A stretch of 64,000 bases of DNA. It comes from an uncultured Clostridia bacterium (lineage in GTDB: Bacteria > Bacillota > Clostridia > TANB77 > CAG-508). The notes below the pieces were generated by a model. That model was not told where the DNA came from and ran no database searches. It saw only the letters and a program-made list of their open reading frames with translations. This document shows, piece by piece, positions 51,402-61,244 of this stretch. Every line of letters begins with the position of its first letter. The first letter of the stretch is position 1. The position numbers were made by a program, and so were the translations under genes. Where the stretch lies: assembly GCA_944387555.1 (NCBI GenBank), contig CALXFH010000001.1, forward strand, positions 82,849 through 146,848, read 5' to 3'.

Positions 51402-51743
51402 CTATCCTACTAATGATTTTATAGCAGAAAGAATTAAATCAATTGCAAGTATAAAAGCATAAGAAAAAAGTGAACCTTTTATAATTTTTTTACCAGTTCT
51501 TATTTTTTCTTCATCACCAAAGCTAAATTTTTTCATAAAGATACCACTACCAACAGCAACTGCAGCTGCAGGTGTTGCAATTTTTAAAAGCCAGCTTTCA
51601 ATTGATTCGAAAGCAGATGTAATTTTAGAAACTATTTCTGGGTCACCCCAAGCAAAGCAAGAACTTCCAATTGTAAATACAAAAATTCCTGCAAATATAG
51701 TTATAAAAAACATATAAAATATTTTCTTTTTCAAATAAATCAT
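51402..51743 (-). CDS. Fifth VirB2/TrbC-like pilin-like protein
   Basis: Signal/TM ..GSSCFAWG, then helix AAAVAVGSGIFMKKFSFGDEEKIRTGKKIIKGSLFSYAFILAI; same hydrophobic / charged-loop (xEEK..KK) / hydrophobic pattern as 3875..5148. Confidence 0.45.
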   Translation of the reverse strand: MIYLKKKIFYMFFITIFAGIFVFTIGSSCFAWGDPEIVSKITSAFESIESWLLKIATPAAAVAVGSGIFMKKFSFGDEEKIRTGKKIIKGSLFSYAFILAIDLILSAIKSLVG

Positions 51744-51775
51744 TCCTTTACATAATATTTAGGTTTTAAGAAAAC

Positions 51776-53494
51776 CTATAAACTGTTATTCTTAAAATGA
51801 GGAAACATTTTTAATTTTTTTGGAGGATAAATTATATTTCCATCAGATAAAAATGTAAGGGCAGTGAATGTTTCTAGGTTTTGAGTGAAAAATTTAGACT
51901 CATAAATATAATCATTTTGTACATATGTACTGTAACTTTCTGAAATATTGGAATTTTGGGAATTTAAAGTATTTGTTATATAACTAAAATTAGTTTCTTT
52001 TGCACTTTCTGAAATACTCTTTGAAATCTTTTCTTTATCTTCTTTACCAAGTTGTTTTTGAGCTTCTTCGATTGTAAAAATATCATCTGTTCTAAACCAA
52101 ATCTTATTAATTGAATTTTGGATAATAACTTTAACTGTAGCTTCATCTTTTAAAGTGGTTTTTAAAGAAGAATAACTTTGTGTGCTTAAAATATTAATGC
52201 ATTTTGCTTCTCTACTTAAAGAGAAAAATTCTCCATCTGTTTTGCTTGCAAATTTATCATACTCATCACAAATAAATGCAGATGTTCTTGACATGTTTTT
52301 AGCTAAATGGCTCATTACTTCTGTTTGAAAGTCTAATTTTAAATATGTTGCAATAATTTTAGAAAGAGTATCATATTCAAAAATATTCATATTTAAAACA
52401 ACAATTTTTCCTTTAGATAAAACTTCATCAAAACCTGTAAAAGTTAATTTGTTTTTAGGAGAACAGAATGTATTTTTAACATCATAATCTGAAACAAAAG
52501 TACCAGTAATTCTGGTTATTTCTGAAATTAAAATTCCTTTGGTTCTACTATCTAAGTTATTAAATTCTTTTTCAAAGAAATCTAGACTTGCATTTAATTC
52601 ATAAATTTGTCTATTGTTAAATTTAGAAGAAATAAATAAATTTTTAAGAACAGAAATTTTTTCTTTATAATAATTAGGAATAGTAACTAATTTATGAAGC
52701 TCTGTAAAAGTAACATATCCATTATTATATAACCTACATAATTTGATACATTCTGTCAGAACTTCTTCTGCCTTGTCTAGCCAGTAAGACTCTGTATTGT
52801 TTTCTGAAAATAATAGTAAAATGGTTTTAAGCCTACTAGCTAGTACCTGTGCTTTTAAAATTGGTTTATGTAATGGATTATAAAAAACATTAGAACCTAG
52901 TTCAAGAACAATTAAATCATTTTCAAGATTATAATTTTTACAATATTCTTTAACTTGATTATAGTAATTTCCTTTTACATCTAATATTAACATACCTATT
53001 TTTTTATCAGGATTTAAAGAGTTAAATTCTAGTAATTGTCTAGTAAAAGGATACATAGCACTTGATGTTTTACCAGAGCCTATTGTCCCAGTAATTAGAA
53101 AGTTTTGGTATAAACCACTTTCTGGAATAGAAATAATATTATCTTTTTCATCTTTTCCAATTAATAAAGATAAAATTTTTTTAGAATTTTTAGATTTTAG
53201 TTTTGTATTTTTATTAATAATGTTAATTTTATCATTATTTTCTTTAATTTTAGATTTTATATTTTTAAATTCTTGAATGATTTTTAAAATTATTCTTGTA
53301 TAAATAAAATGACCTATTAGAAAAAAAGATATTGATGATATAAAAATATATGTAATTTTAATAGTTTTCCATAACTCTGGATTTTTAGAACAAATATCAA
53401 ATGGATGTATGCCATAAGGAATTATAACTTCAGTTGCTGTATAAATAGGATTAAAGATTTTAAAACTTAAAAAACTAAAGACAAGTAAAAACAC
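51776..53494 (-). CDS. Type IV coupling protein-like ATPase (VirD4/TraG/TcpA family)
   Basis: Two N-terminal TM helices; Walker A ITGTIGSGKTSS; acidic box AFICDEYDKF; 572 aa. Confidence 0.5.
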   Translation of the reverse strand: MFLLVFSFLSFKIFNPIYTATEVIIPYGIHPFDICSKNPELWKTIKITYIFISSISFFLIGHFIYTRIILKIIQEFKNIKSKIKENNDKINIINKNTKLKSKNSKKILSLLIGKDEKDNIISIPESGLYQNFLITGTIGSGKTSSAMYPFTRQLLEFNSLNPDKKIGMLILDVKGNYYNQVKEYCKNYNLENDLIVLELGSNVFYNPLHKPILKAQVLASRLKTILLLFSENNTESYWLDKAEEVLTECIKLCRLYNNGYVTFTELHKLVTIPNYYKEKISVLKNLFISSKFNNRQIYELNASLDFFEKEFNNLDSRTKGILISEITRITGTFVSDYDVKNTFCSPKNKLTFTGFDEVLSKGKIVVLNMNIFEYDTLSKIIATYLKLDFQTEVMSHLAKNMSRTSAFICDEYDKFASKTDGEFFSLSREAKCINILSTQSYSSLKTTLKDEATVKVIIQNSINKIWFRTDDIFTIEEAQKQLGKEDKEKISKSISESAKETNFSYITNTLNSQNSNISESYSTYVQNDYIYESKFFTQNLETFTALTFLSDGNIIYPPKKLKMFPHFKNNSL

Positions 53495-53815
53495 AAAAGA
53501 AAATAATATACTCTTTTTAGAAACTAAAATAAAATTACCTCCTTTTAAAAATATTTCTTTTTGATTTCTAATTTTGCACCTTGTTTGTTATGAAATAAAA
53601 AGATATCAAATAAAGTATAAATTGAATATAAAGTGATAAAAAGATAAATAATAAATGTAATGAAATAAAAATTAATTAAACTAGAAATAATATCACCGCC
53701 TTACAATTTTTAACATAATACAACATTTTTTAAATTTTGTCTATACTTTTTTGAAAAATTGTGGTAAAATTATTTATAGGTTACAAAAAAATAACTAAAA
53801 ATGAGGAGGATAAAA

Positions 53816-54004
53816 ATGACTTTTAATAAAGATACAAGAATTGGTGAATTATTAGAACAAGCACCAGAAAAAGCAGAAATATTATTAAATATGGGAATGC
53901 ATTGTATAGGATGCCCAGCTTCTCAAATGGAAACTCTAGAAGAAGCATGTGCAGTACATGGAATTGACGTTGAAGAAGTAGTAGAAAAGCTAAATGAACA
54001 ATAA
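53816..54004 (+). CDS. DUF1858-like small redox/disulfide protein (CxxC)
   Basis: MTFNKDTRIGELLEQAPEKAEILLNMGMHCIGCPASQMETLEEACAVHGIDVEEVVEKLNEQ; RBS GAGGAGG. Confidence 0.5.
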   Translation: MTFNKDTRIGELLEQAPEKAEILLNMGMHCIGCPASQMETLEEACAVHGIDVEEVVEKLNEQ

Positions 54005-54109
54005 TTTTTCATAAAAATCACAAAAATTACAAATTTTTTTCACAAATGTCTTGACATTTGTGAAAAAATATTGTAAGATATAAAAGCGTTATGAATGTCA
54101 GACAGATAT

Positions 54110-54185
54110 GGGCCATTAGCTCAGGTGGTAGAGCACTTGACTTTTAATCAAGTTGTCCCGCGTTCGAGTCGCGGATGGCTCACCA
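54110..54185 (+). tRNA. tRNA-Lys (anticodon TTT)
   Basis: GGGCCATTAGCTCAGGTGGTAGAGCACTTGACTTTTAATCAAG...TTCGAGTCGCGGATGGCTCACCA. Confidence 0.85.
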
Positions 54186-54226
54186 AAAAGAACTAAATAC
54201 CAATCTATTTAGTTCTTTATATATAA

Positions 54227-54301
54227 GGCCCCGTGGTCAAGCGGTTAAGACATCGCCCTTTCACGGCGGAGACATGGGTTCGATTCCCGTCGGGGTCACC
54301 A
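54227..54301 (+). tRNA. tRNA-Glu (anticodon TTC)
   Basis: GGCCCCGTGGTCAAGCGGTTAAGACATCGCCCTTTCACGGCGG...GGTTCGATTCCCGTCGGGGTCACCA. Confidence 0.85.
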
Positions 54302-54304
54302 AAT

Positions 54305-54380
54305 GCCACTTTAGCTCAGCTGGCCAGAGCATCGCACTTGTAATGCGAGGGTCCCCAGTTCGAATCTGGGAAGTGGCTCC
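54305..54380 (+). tRNA. tRNA-Thr (anticodon TGT)
   Basis: GCCACTTTAGCTCAGCTGGCCAGAGCATCGCACTTGTAATGCGAGGG..GTTCGAATCTGGGAAGTGGCTCCA. Confidence 0.85.
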
Positions 54381-54478
54381 AATAAAGGTCATTAGTTTTG
54401 AGATATCTCTTAATTATTGGCTTTTTTATTTTGTCAAAAATATTCTAATTTCATCGAAAAAAGATGGCTTTTGCCACC

Positions 54479-54826
54479 TTACTTATCATTTTCTAACATA
54501 AATTCAATCATTTTATCTATTATTTTTTTATTATCATCAGATAAAAAATCATATTTATCTATCGTATTATTAACATTTACAATATCTTTGAAAAGTCTAT
54601 TTGGAGAGCTTTTTGCTATATTACATATATTTATTGCAGTATTTATACTAATACCTGCAGTTCCTCTTTCTACACAACTTAAAAATTGTGGTGTAATACC
54701 TAACTTTTCTGAAAATTGTTCTTGTGTCAAGTTTGCCTTTTTTCTAATACTTTTTACATTGTCACCTAAACTCTTACTTTTAAATTCTTTTGCTTTTTCA
54801 ATCTTTAACATATAATCACCCAACAA
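54479..54826 (-). CDS. XRE-family HTH transcriptional regulator
   Basis: LTQEQFSEKLGITPQFLSCVERGTAGISINTAINICNIA. Confidence 0.7.
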   Translation of the reverse strand: MLGDYMLKIEKAKEFKSKSLGDNVKSIRKKANLTQEQFSEKLGITPQFLSCVERGTAGISINTAINICNIAKSSPNRLFKDIVNVNNTIDKYDFLSDDNKKIIDKMIEFMLENDK

Positions 54827-54978
54827 AAGTATATTTTACTTTATAGTATTTTAGAACAATATTTTATATTTAATTTTTGAATAAAAATAAATATTGTATA
54901 TTTATTTAACCAAAAAATGTGTTATAATTTATTAAGTATAATTTTGAGTTAGAAAATTAAAAAATAAGGAGATAGATT

Positions 54979-55452
54979 ATGGACTTTAAATCTACAAAAA
55001 CAGATAAAAAAATGGCAGAAATAATGACTAAACTTTATTTAAGACATTATACTTTTGCGGATATTTTTAATTATATTAATGGTAAAGATATATTAGAAAT
55101 ATTTTGTGAAAGGTTAGATGAGCATATTCAAATAGTACCTAAAAATATTATAAATACTTATAATGTAACTAAAGAAGAATTAATTAGGATTATAAAGAAT
55201 AAGGATAAGAAAGGGGTAGCAATACTTAAATTTAAATTAAATGATATAATTAAAAGATATAAAACAAAGAAAGATTTTTCTAAAAATACTATAAAAGATT
55301 TAGAAAATGATATAAAAGAATTAGAAGAATTTTTATTAAATAATAAAAAAAGAGTGAAATTTTCAGAAGAAGAAAAGAATAGTTGTATGCTATATCAGAT
55401 ATTAAAAAATGAAGATTATGAAAATTTGAAAAAAATAAAATTGCATATTTGA
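54979..55452 (+). CDS. Hypothetical protein
   Basis: RBS AAGGAGAT; no family recognised. Confidence 0.4.
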   Translation: MDFKSTKTDKKMAEIMTKLYLRHYTFADIFNYINGKDILEIFCERLDEHIQIVPKNIINTYNVTKEELIRIIKNKDKKGVAILKFKLNDIIKRYKTKKDFSKNTIKDLENDIKELEEFLLNNKKRVKFSEEEKNSCMLYQILKNEDYENLKKIKLHI

Positions 55453-55509
55453 TAAATCTTGTTATATTAAAAATAAAAATAAGCTCTAGAATTAACTAGG
55501 GCTTTATTA

Positions 55510-55869
55510 TTATTCAAAACTAACATCATTGTTATCAAAATTATTAGTTGTCATTTCTGGTGTTGGATCTTGTTCAACATCTGAATTATTATTAGAAACT
55601 TCTTCAGAAACTATATCAGATGAAAAAGAGAATACTTTCTTTTCAGCTCTTGCTTTCTCATCAAACTTTTTATTAAATTCTTCTTTAGCTTCATTTAATG
55701 TCTCTTGCATAGCATTAAACATGTCATCTACATCTTTTCTTGTAAAATCGTAAGAATTACTTCTAGCCATTGGCTCTAAAATTTGAATGTCATGTAATAC
55801 ATTATTTACTCTTTTTCCTGCAAATTCTACAAATTTTTTTCTTTTTTCTTCATTAACTACTCTTTCCAT
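55510..55869 (-). CDS. Hypothetical acidic protein
   Basis: ORF track; no family recognised. Confidence 0.35.
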   Translation of the reverse strand: MERVVNEEKRKKFVEFAGKRVNNVLHDIQILEPMARSNSYDFTRKDVDDMFNAMQETLNEAKEEFNKKFDEKARAEKKVFSFSSDIVSEEVSNNNSDVEQDPTPEMTTNNFDNNDVSFE

Positions 55870-56083
55870 ACTACAATCCTTTCTTTCTATATAATGTTTT
55901 AAAATTTCCTAATAAACAATATCACAATTTAGAAAAATTTTCAAATATAAATTGTAAAAAATAAAAAATTAATTTATTATGTGAGACAAAAAAAACCGTC
56001 CCCAAAATTCTCATTTCTTGCTAAACTTCGTGTTTTATGGTATGATAGTATTTAGAAATCAAGGAAAGGAAATAATAAATATA

Positions 56084-56815
56084 ATGGAAAAAGTAGTAAT
56101 AATAACAGGTGCTTCAAGAGGAATAGGTAGAGAAATTGCAAAAAGATTAGCAAGAAAAGGTTTAAAAGTAATTGCAAATTATAATAAATCAGAAGAAGCA
56201 GCAAAAGAATTAAAAAATGAATTAGAACAAGAAGGAATAGAAATAGATGTTGTAAAAGCAGATGTATCAAAAAGAGAAGAGGCTAAAAAACTTGCAAAAT
56301 ACACATTAGATAAATATGGAAAAATAGATATCTTAATAAATAATGCAGGAATTTCAGAATATAAATTATTTACAGATGAAACAGATGAAGATTGGAATAA
56401 AATCATAAATACTAATTTATATTCAGCATTTGCGATGTCCCAAGAAGTTATTCCTAATATGGTACATAATAAAAATGGATTAATAATAAATATGTCTTCT
56501 GCTTGGGGTGTTGTTGGAGGCTCTTTAGAAGTTATCTACTCAGTATCAAAAGCAGGAATGGATGGTTTAACAAAAGCTTTAGCAAAAGAGCTTGGACCAT
56601 CAAATATTAGAGTAAATTCAATAGCACCTGGAATGATATACACAAAAATGAATGCTAAATTTACAGATGAAGAAATAGAAGAAATAAAAGAAGAAATACC
56701 ACTTGGAACAATTGGAGAGCCAGAAGATATTTCAAAATGTGTAGAATGGTTAATAGAAGATAAATATACAACAGGTCAAGTGATTTCAATAAATGGAGGA
56801 TGGATAATAACATAA
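56084..56815 (+). CDS. SDR-family oxidoreductase (FabG-like 3-oxoacyl-ACP reductase). The likely start is ATG 56084; the track's 56018 start overlaps the promoter
   Basis: TGASRGIGREIA (Rossmann motif); NNAG; catalytic S..YSVSK triad; TTGCTA-17-TATGAT promoter at 56018-56046. Confidence 0.8.
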   Translation: MEKVVIITGASRGIGREIAKRLARKGLKVIANYNKSEEAAKELKNELEQEGIEIDVVKADVSKREEAKKLAKYTLDKYGKIDILINNAGISEYKLFTDETDEDWNKIINTNLYSAFAMSQEVIPNMVHNKNGLIINMSSAWGVVGGSLEVIYSVSKAGMDGLTKALAKELGPSNIRVNSIAPGMIYTKMNAKFTDEEIEEIKEEIPLGTIGEPEDISKCVEWLIEDKYTTGQVISINGGWIIT

Positions 56816-56851
56816 AAAGCAATACATTTTAGTATTGCTTCCTTTTTTATT

Positions 56852-57322
56852 TTATTGGTTTTCTTTTAATTTTCTTTTATAATTTCCTGAAATTAATTTA
56901 GGCAAATATGTAATTATTTTATAAACTGCTAAACGAACTTTTTTGCTCCATAAATAAGATCTTCTTAATTTTCTAGCAGAACCTAAAGCAACAGGTTCAT
57001 CATCTAGAACAACTAATTCATTTTGTACTTTTTCTAATGGAAATACATAGTTTTGTCCATCATTATTATCCCATACATTATTTTCGTTTCTAAAACAGAA
57101 ATTAAAAGTATCACCTTCTAATAGTTGAATTTCTGCTTGAAATCCTAAATCTGTTTTTTCCATTTTTATATCATTAACATTGTCCCAATTTAGACCAAAT
57201 CCATAATGAATAGATACTTCTTTTGAAGCATCTTGATATAAATTACCTAAATATGAGATCTTAACTTTACTATTTTCAACTAATTTGTCTGTATTAAAGA
57301 ATATGTTTTTTGATAATTCCAT
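56852..57322 (-). CDS. Small protein with a starch/carbohydrate-binding-module-like pattern (CBM20/25/26-like)
   Basis: ..VSIHYGFGLNWDNVNDIKM..FCFRNENNVWDNNDGQNYVF resembles starch-binding beta-sandwich modules; weak. Confidence 0.3.
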   Translation of the reverse strand: MELSKNIFFNTDKLVENSKVKISYLGNLYQDASKEVSIHYGFGLNWDNVNDIKMEKTDLGFQAEIQLLEGDTFNFCFRNENNVWDNNDGQNYVFPLEKVQNELVVLDDEPVALGSARKLRRSYLWSKKVRLAVYKIITYLPKLISGNYKRKLKENQ

Positions 57323-57575
57323 TTAATTTCTCTCCCTTTTTTGTCTTTTGCTGTAAACATTATAATATTAATTTCTACAATGTTCAAGTATTTTTTATAA
57401 AATTTTCTTTACGTTTTTGTTACAATTGTGTAACAAAAACAAATATATCTTTGTAATATAAGAGAATAAGGCTTTTTTAATAATTAGTATAATTTAGAAA
57501 AAGCGAAAATATATTGTAAAAAATATTGCTTTATGATAAGATAAAGTAGAAATAAAAAGTAAAAGGGGAATTCTT

Positions 57576-59483
57576 ATGGGAGAAAAAATTATGGATAAGG
57601 AAAAGGAAGAAACAAAGGAAGTAGAGAAGGAAGAGAAGGCTAAAAAAGAAGAAACAAAAAAACAAGAGGAAAATAAGACAGAAGAGAAAAAGAAAACTAA
57701 AAAAGAAAAAAAGGAAAAAGAACCTAAATTTAAAAAGTCAGAAGAAAAACCTAAAGAACAAGAAAAAGAAATGGACAAAATGGAAAACAATAAAAAGAAG
57801 AAAAATAAAAGAAAACTTCTAATACTTGGTGTAGTAATAGGTGTTCTTTTGTTAATAGGGCTTTTTATCTCAACAATATTTGCGTTAATAAATATAGGTA
57901 ATGAAAATATTATAAATGGTGTGTCAATTAGCGGAATAGATGTATCAGGTTTATCGAAAGAAGAAGCAAAACAAAAAATAGAATCTGCATATAATGAAAA
58001 GAAAGAAAAAGATATTCAATTAAAACATGGAGAATATGAAACTACATTAAACCCTGTTTTAATGGAAGTGGATTATAAAATAGATGAAGCGGTGGAAAAC
58101 GCAGATGAAATAGGAAAAAGTTCTAATATTTTTGTAAATAACTATAATATTTTATTTGCTTTAATTAGTAAAAAGGATGTTCCACTAGAAATGACATTAA
58201 ATGAAGATGTAACAAGACAAACAATAGAAGATATGAATATTAATTTACCAGATGCTGTAATTGAGTCTAGTTATTCAGTTGAAGATGATGAGTTAATAAT
58301 AAGTAAAGGAAAAGCAGGTGTAAAAATAGATACGGACAATTTACTTTCACAAATAAAGGATAGATTAAATAATCCAAATGCAAGTGATGATGTAATAGAT
58401 ATGCCAGTTGTTAATAAAGACCCAGATCCAATAGACATTGATAAAATTCATGAAGAAGTATATAAAGAAGCACAAGATGCTTATATAGTAGAAGAACCAT
58501 TTGAAGTACATCCAGAAGTCGAAGGTATAGATTTTGATGTAGAAGCTGCAAAAGAAATATTAAAAGAAGATAAAGAAGAATATGTAATACCATTAATAAT
58601 TACAAAACCAAAAGTAACAATAGACGAATTAGGAGAAAAAGCATTTCCAGATGTATTAGGAACTTTTACAACAAGATATGATGTAAGTGATGTAGATAGA
58701 AGTACTAATTTGAGACTTGCTTGTCAAAAGATTAATGGAACAATACTTTTAGCAGGAGAAACATTTTCTTATAATAAGGTTGTAGGAGAGAGAACTATTG
58801 CTGCAGGATATAAGAATGCTAAAATTTATGAAGCAGGTCAAGTAGTAGATGGTTTAGGAGGAGGTATTTGCCAAATATCTTCAACATTATATAATGCTGC
58901 ATTATATGCAAACTTAGAAATTGTAGAAAGAAGAAATCATCAATTTGTAACTTCATATGTACCAGCAGGAAGAGATGCAACAGTAGTTTATGGTTCAACA
59001 GATTTTAAATTTAAAAACACAAGAAAATATCCTGTAAGAATAGTTGCAACAGCGAATGCAGGAATTGCTACTATAACAATTTATGGAATAAAAGAAGAAA
59101 ATGAATATGATTTTAAATTTAATACAAAGACAATATCTACAATTCCTTATTCAACTCAATATATAGATGATAGTACATTACCACAAGGATCAGAAGTTGT
59201 AAAACAAAAAGGAACAAATGGATTAATAACTGAAACATATATTTCTAAGTACTTAAATGGAAAACTTATTTCAACAGAATTACTTTCAAGAGATACATAT
59301 AATGCTATGACAAGAATAGTAAGAAGAGGAACAGGAGCAGTAAGTACAACTACACAAGAGCAACCACAACAGACACAAGCAACAACACCTACAGAACCTG
59401 TACAAACAGAAACCCCAGCTGTTGAAGAGCCAGCAACAGAAACGGAACAAACAACAGAAGGAACAGAAGTTCCAGCAGCTTAA
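57576..59483 (+). CDS. VanW-domain protein with N-terminal TM and C-terminal G5 domain plus Thr/Pro/Glu-rich tail
   Basis: VanW core YKNAKIYEAGQVVDGLGGGICQISSTLYNAAL; G5-like region TETYISKYLNGKLISTELLSRDTYNAMTRIVRRGT. Confidence 0.75.
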   Translation: MGEKIMDKEKEETKEVEKEEKAKKEETKKQEENKTEEKKKTKKEKKEKEPKFKKSEEKPKEQEKEMDKMENNKKKKNKRKLLILGVVIGVLLLIGLFISTIFALINIGNENIINGVSISGIDVSGLSKEEAKQKIESAYNEKKEKDIQLKHGEYETTLNPVLMEVDYKIDEAVENADEIGKSSNIFVNNYNILFALISKKDVPLEMTLNEDVTRQTIEDMNINLPDAVIESSYSVEDDELIISKGKAGVKIDTDNLLSQIKDRLNNPNASDDVIDMPVVNKDPDPIDIDKIHEEVYKEAQDAYIVEEPFEVHPEVEGIDFDVEAAKEILKEDKEEYVIPLIITKPKVTIDELGEKAFPDVLGTFTTRYDVSDVDRSTNLRLACQKINGTILLAGETFSYNKVVGERTIAAGYKNAKIYEAGQVVDGLGGGICQISSTLYNAALYANLEIVERRNHQFVTSYVPAGRDATVVYGSTDFKFKNTRKYPVRIVATANAGIATITIYGIKEENEYDFKFNTKTISTIPYSTQYIDDSTLPQGSEVVKQKGTNGLITETYISKYLNGKLISTELLSRDTYNAMTRIVRRGTGAVSTTTQEQPQQTQATTPTEPVQTETPAVEEPATETEQTTEGTEVPAA

Positions 59484-59495
59484 AATAGAAAAATA

Positions 59496-59519
59496 GGCCA
59501 ATACAAAAAGTATTGGCCT
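59496..59519. terminator. Terminator hairpin after the VanW gene
   Basis: ggccaatac-aaaaag-tattggcc. Confidence 0.55.
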
Positions 59520-59525
59520 TAACTA

Positions 59526-59554
59526 TTGACATTTTTCAAAAAAAAGATTATAAT
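59526..59554 (+). promoter_or_regulatory. Consensus promoter (TTGACA-17-TATAAT) for tRNA-Lys(CTT)
   Basis: TTGACA 59526-59531, TATAAT 59549-59554. Confidence 0.65.
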
Positions 59555-59617
59555 TTTAAAGTACGAAATATTACAAGCCATCGCACTTGTAATGCGATGA
59601 CTACTTAAAATAAAAAT

Positions 59618-59693
59618 GGCTCTTTAGCTCAGTTGGTAGAGCAACAGACTCTTAATCTGGAGGTCCTCGGTTCGAAGCCGAGAAGAGTCACCA
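59618..59693 (+). tRNA. tRNA-Lys (anticodon CTT)
   Basis: GGCTCTTTAGCTCAGTTGGTAGAGCAACAGACTCTTAATCTGG..GGTTCGAAGCCGAGAAGAGTCACCA. Confidence 0.85.
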
Positions 59694-59815
59694 TATATAA
59701 ATGATTTCCTATATTATATATAGGAAATTTTTTTCTTAAAAAATTCCTTTATCTATTGAAAAATTTGTAATAAAAATATAAAATATATGCAAGGAAGAAA
59801 GAGAAGGGATTACAA

Positions 59816-60187
59816 ATGAGAATTGTATTAAGTGGAAGTAGTAAAGTAAAAGAAAGTGTAATTGAAGTAGCAAAGAAACTAGAAAGTAGAGGTTATGAAG
59901 TAGTAGTACCAAGAGAATTTATAGTTCATATGGAAAAAAGAGAACACTCAATGAGACATTTTGACGAAATATGTAAGGATGAAACTGATGTACTACTTGC
60001 TGTTAATGAGACTAAAAACGGTATTGAAAACTACATAGGCCCTAATACATTTGCTGAAATTGCAATGGCATTTTATAAGCAAAAGAAAGTATATGTATTA
60101 AATGACTTATATGAGCCATATTTAGATGAGTTAGAAGGATGGGGAGTAATTCCGTTGAAAGGTGACTTGGAAGGAATTGGAAAATAA
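59816..60187 (+). CDS. Nucleoside 2-deoxyribosyltransferase-like / YtoQ-like protein
   Basis: MRIVLSGS..ESRGYEVVVP.. pattern; weak. Confidence 0.35.
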   Translation: MRIVLSGSSKVKESVIEVAKKLESRGYEVVVPREFIVHMEKREHSMRHFDEICKDETDVLLAVNETKNGIENYIGPNTFAEIAMAFYKQKKVYVLNDLYEPYLDELEGWGVIPLKGDLEGIGK

Positions 60188-60252
60188 AAAATAATATTGA
60201 CAAAACGCCCGAAACATACTAAAATAATAGTGTTGGAAAAAAATAAAAAGGG

Positions 60253-61212
60253 GTGATGGATTTGCTAAAAATATATAATACAGATTTGGAAACTAATGAG
60301 TTCCAAGAAATAAAAGAATTTAAGAAAGGCTCATGGATTAATTTAGTAAATCCGTCGGAGAATGAAATAAAAAAAGTTTGTGAAAACATCAATATACAAG
60401 AAGATTTTATAAGGGATGCATTAGATTATGAGGAAAAAGCTAGAATTGACCAAGAAGATGACGATGATACAACTCTTTTTGTAGTAGATGTTCCAATTAT
60501 AGAAAAAGGTGAAGAAAACGAAATATATACAACAATGCCTTTAGGAATGATTGTAGTAAGAGATGACTTTTTTATAACAGTATCACTTAGAAAAAATAAA
60601 ATTATTGAAAGTTTTGAAAAAAGAAAGATAAAGAATTTCCAAACATATAAGAAAACAAGATTTATTTTTCAAATATTATATTTAAACTCATCTTTTTACT
60701 TAAATTACCTAAAACAAATAAATAAAGAAACAGAAATCGCAGAATACATATTAAAAAATTCTATGAGAAATCAAGAACTTTTAAAAATGTTAAACTTAGA
60801 AAAAGGTTTAGTATATTTTACAACATCATTAAAATCAAATGAGCTAGTAATGGAGAAAACTTTAAGAGGAAAAATAGTAAAATTATATGAAGAAGATAGC
60901 GAAATACTAGAAGATGCAATCACAGAAAATAAACAGGCAATAGAAATGGCACAAATATATACAAATATCTTAAATGGAACAATGGATGCATATGCATCAA
61001 TAATATCAAATAATCTAAATGGTGTTATGAAAACATTAACATCTATTACAATTATTTTAGCTATACCTACAATGATTTCTAGTTTCTGGGGAATGAATGT
61101 TAATTTGCCACTACAAAATAGTCCGTTTGGATTTATTATAATGATTACAATTTCAGTAGTACTTACATTATTAGTATCTTGGTGGTTAAAAAGAAGAAAT
61201 ATGTTAGATTAA
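60253..61212 (+). CDS. corA: CorA-family magnesium/cobalt transporter
   Basis: GMN motif (FWGMNVNLP) followed by two C-terminal TM helices. Confidence 0.85.
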   Translation: MMDLLKIYNTDLETNEFQEIKEFKKGSWINLVNPSENEIKKVCENINIQEDFIRDALDYEEKARIDQEDDDDTTLFVVDVPIIEKGEENEIYTTMPLGMIVVRDDFFITVSLRKNKIIESFEKRKIKNFQTYKKTRFIFQILYLNSSFYLNYLKQINKETEIAEYILKNSMRNQELLKMLNLEKGLVYFTTSLKSNELVMEKTLRGKIVKLYEEDSEILEDAITENKQAIEMAQIYTNILNGTMDAYASIISNNLNGVMKTLTSITIILAIPTMISSFWGMNVNLPLQNSPFGFIIMITISVVLTLLVSWWLKRRNMLD

Positions 61213-61244
61213 AAAAAGAAAATGGAGTAATTTCCATTTTCTTT

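Noticed and set aside
54175-54815. ORFs 54175..54501 and 54417..54815
   Set aside because: The first is translated across three tRNA genes. The second is antisense to a convincing XRE regulator (54479..54826).
54381-59600. The region between tRNA-Thr and its anticodon-arm look-alike as an integrated element with att repeats
   Set aside because: The repeat is only 18 nt and covers the anticodon arm, not the 3' half. There is no integrase. The contents are housekeeping-like (SDR, VanW). It is kept only as a low-interest observation.
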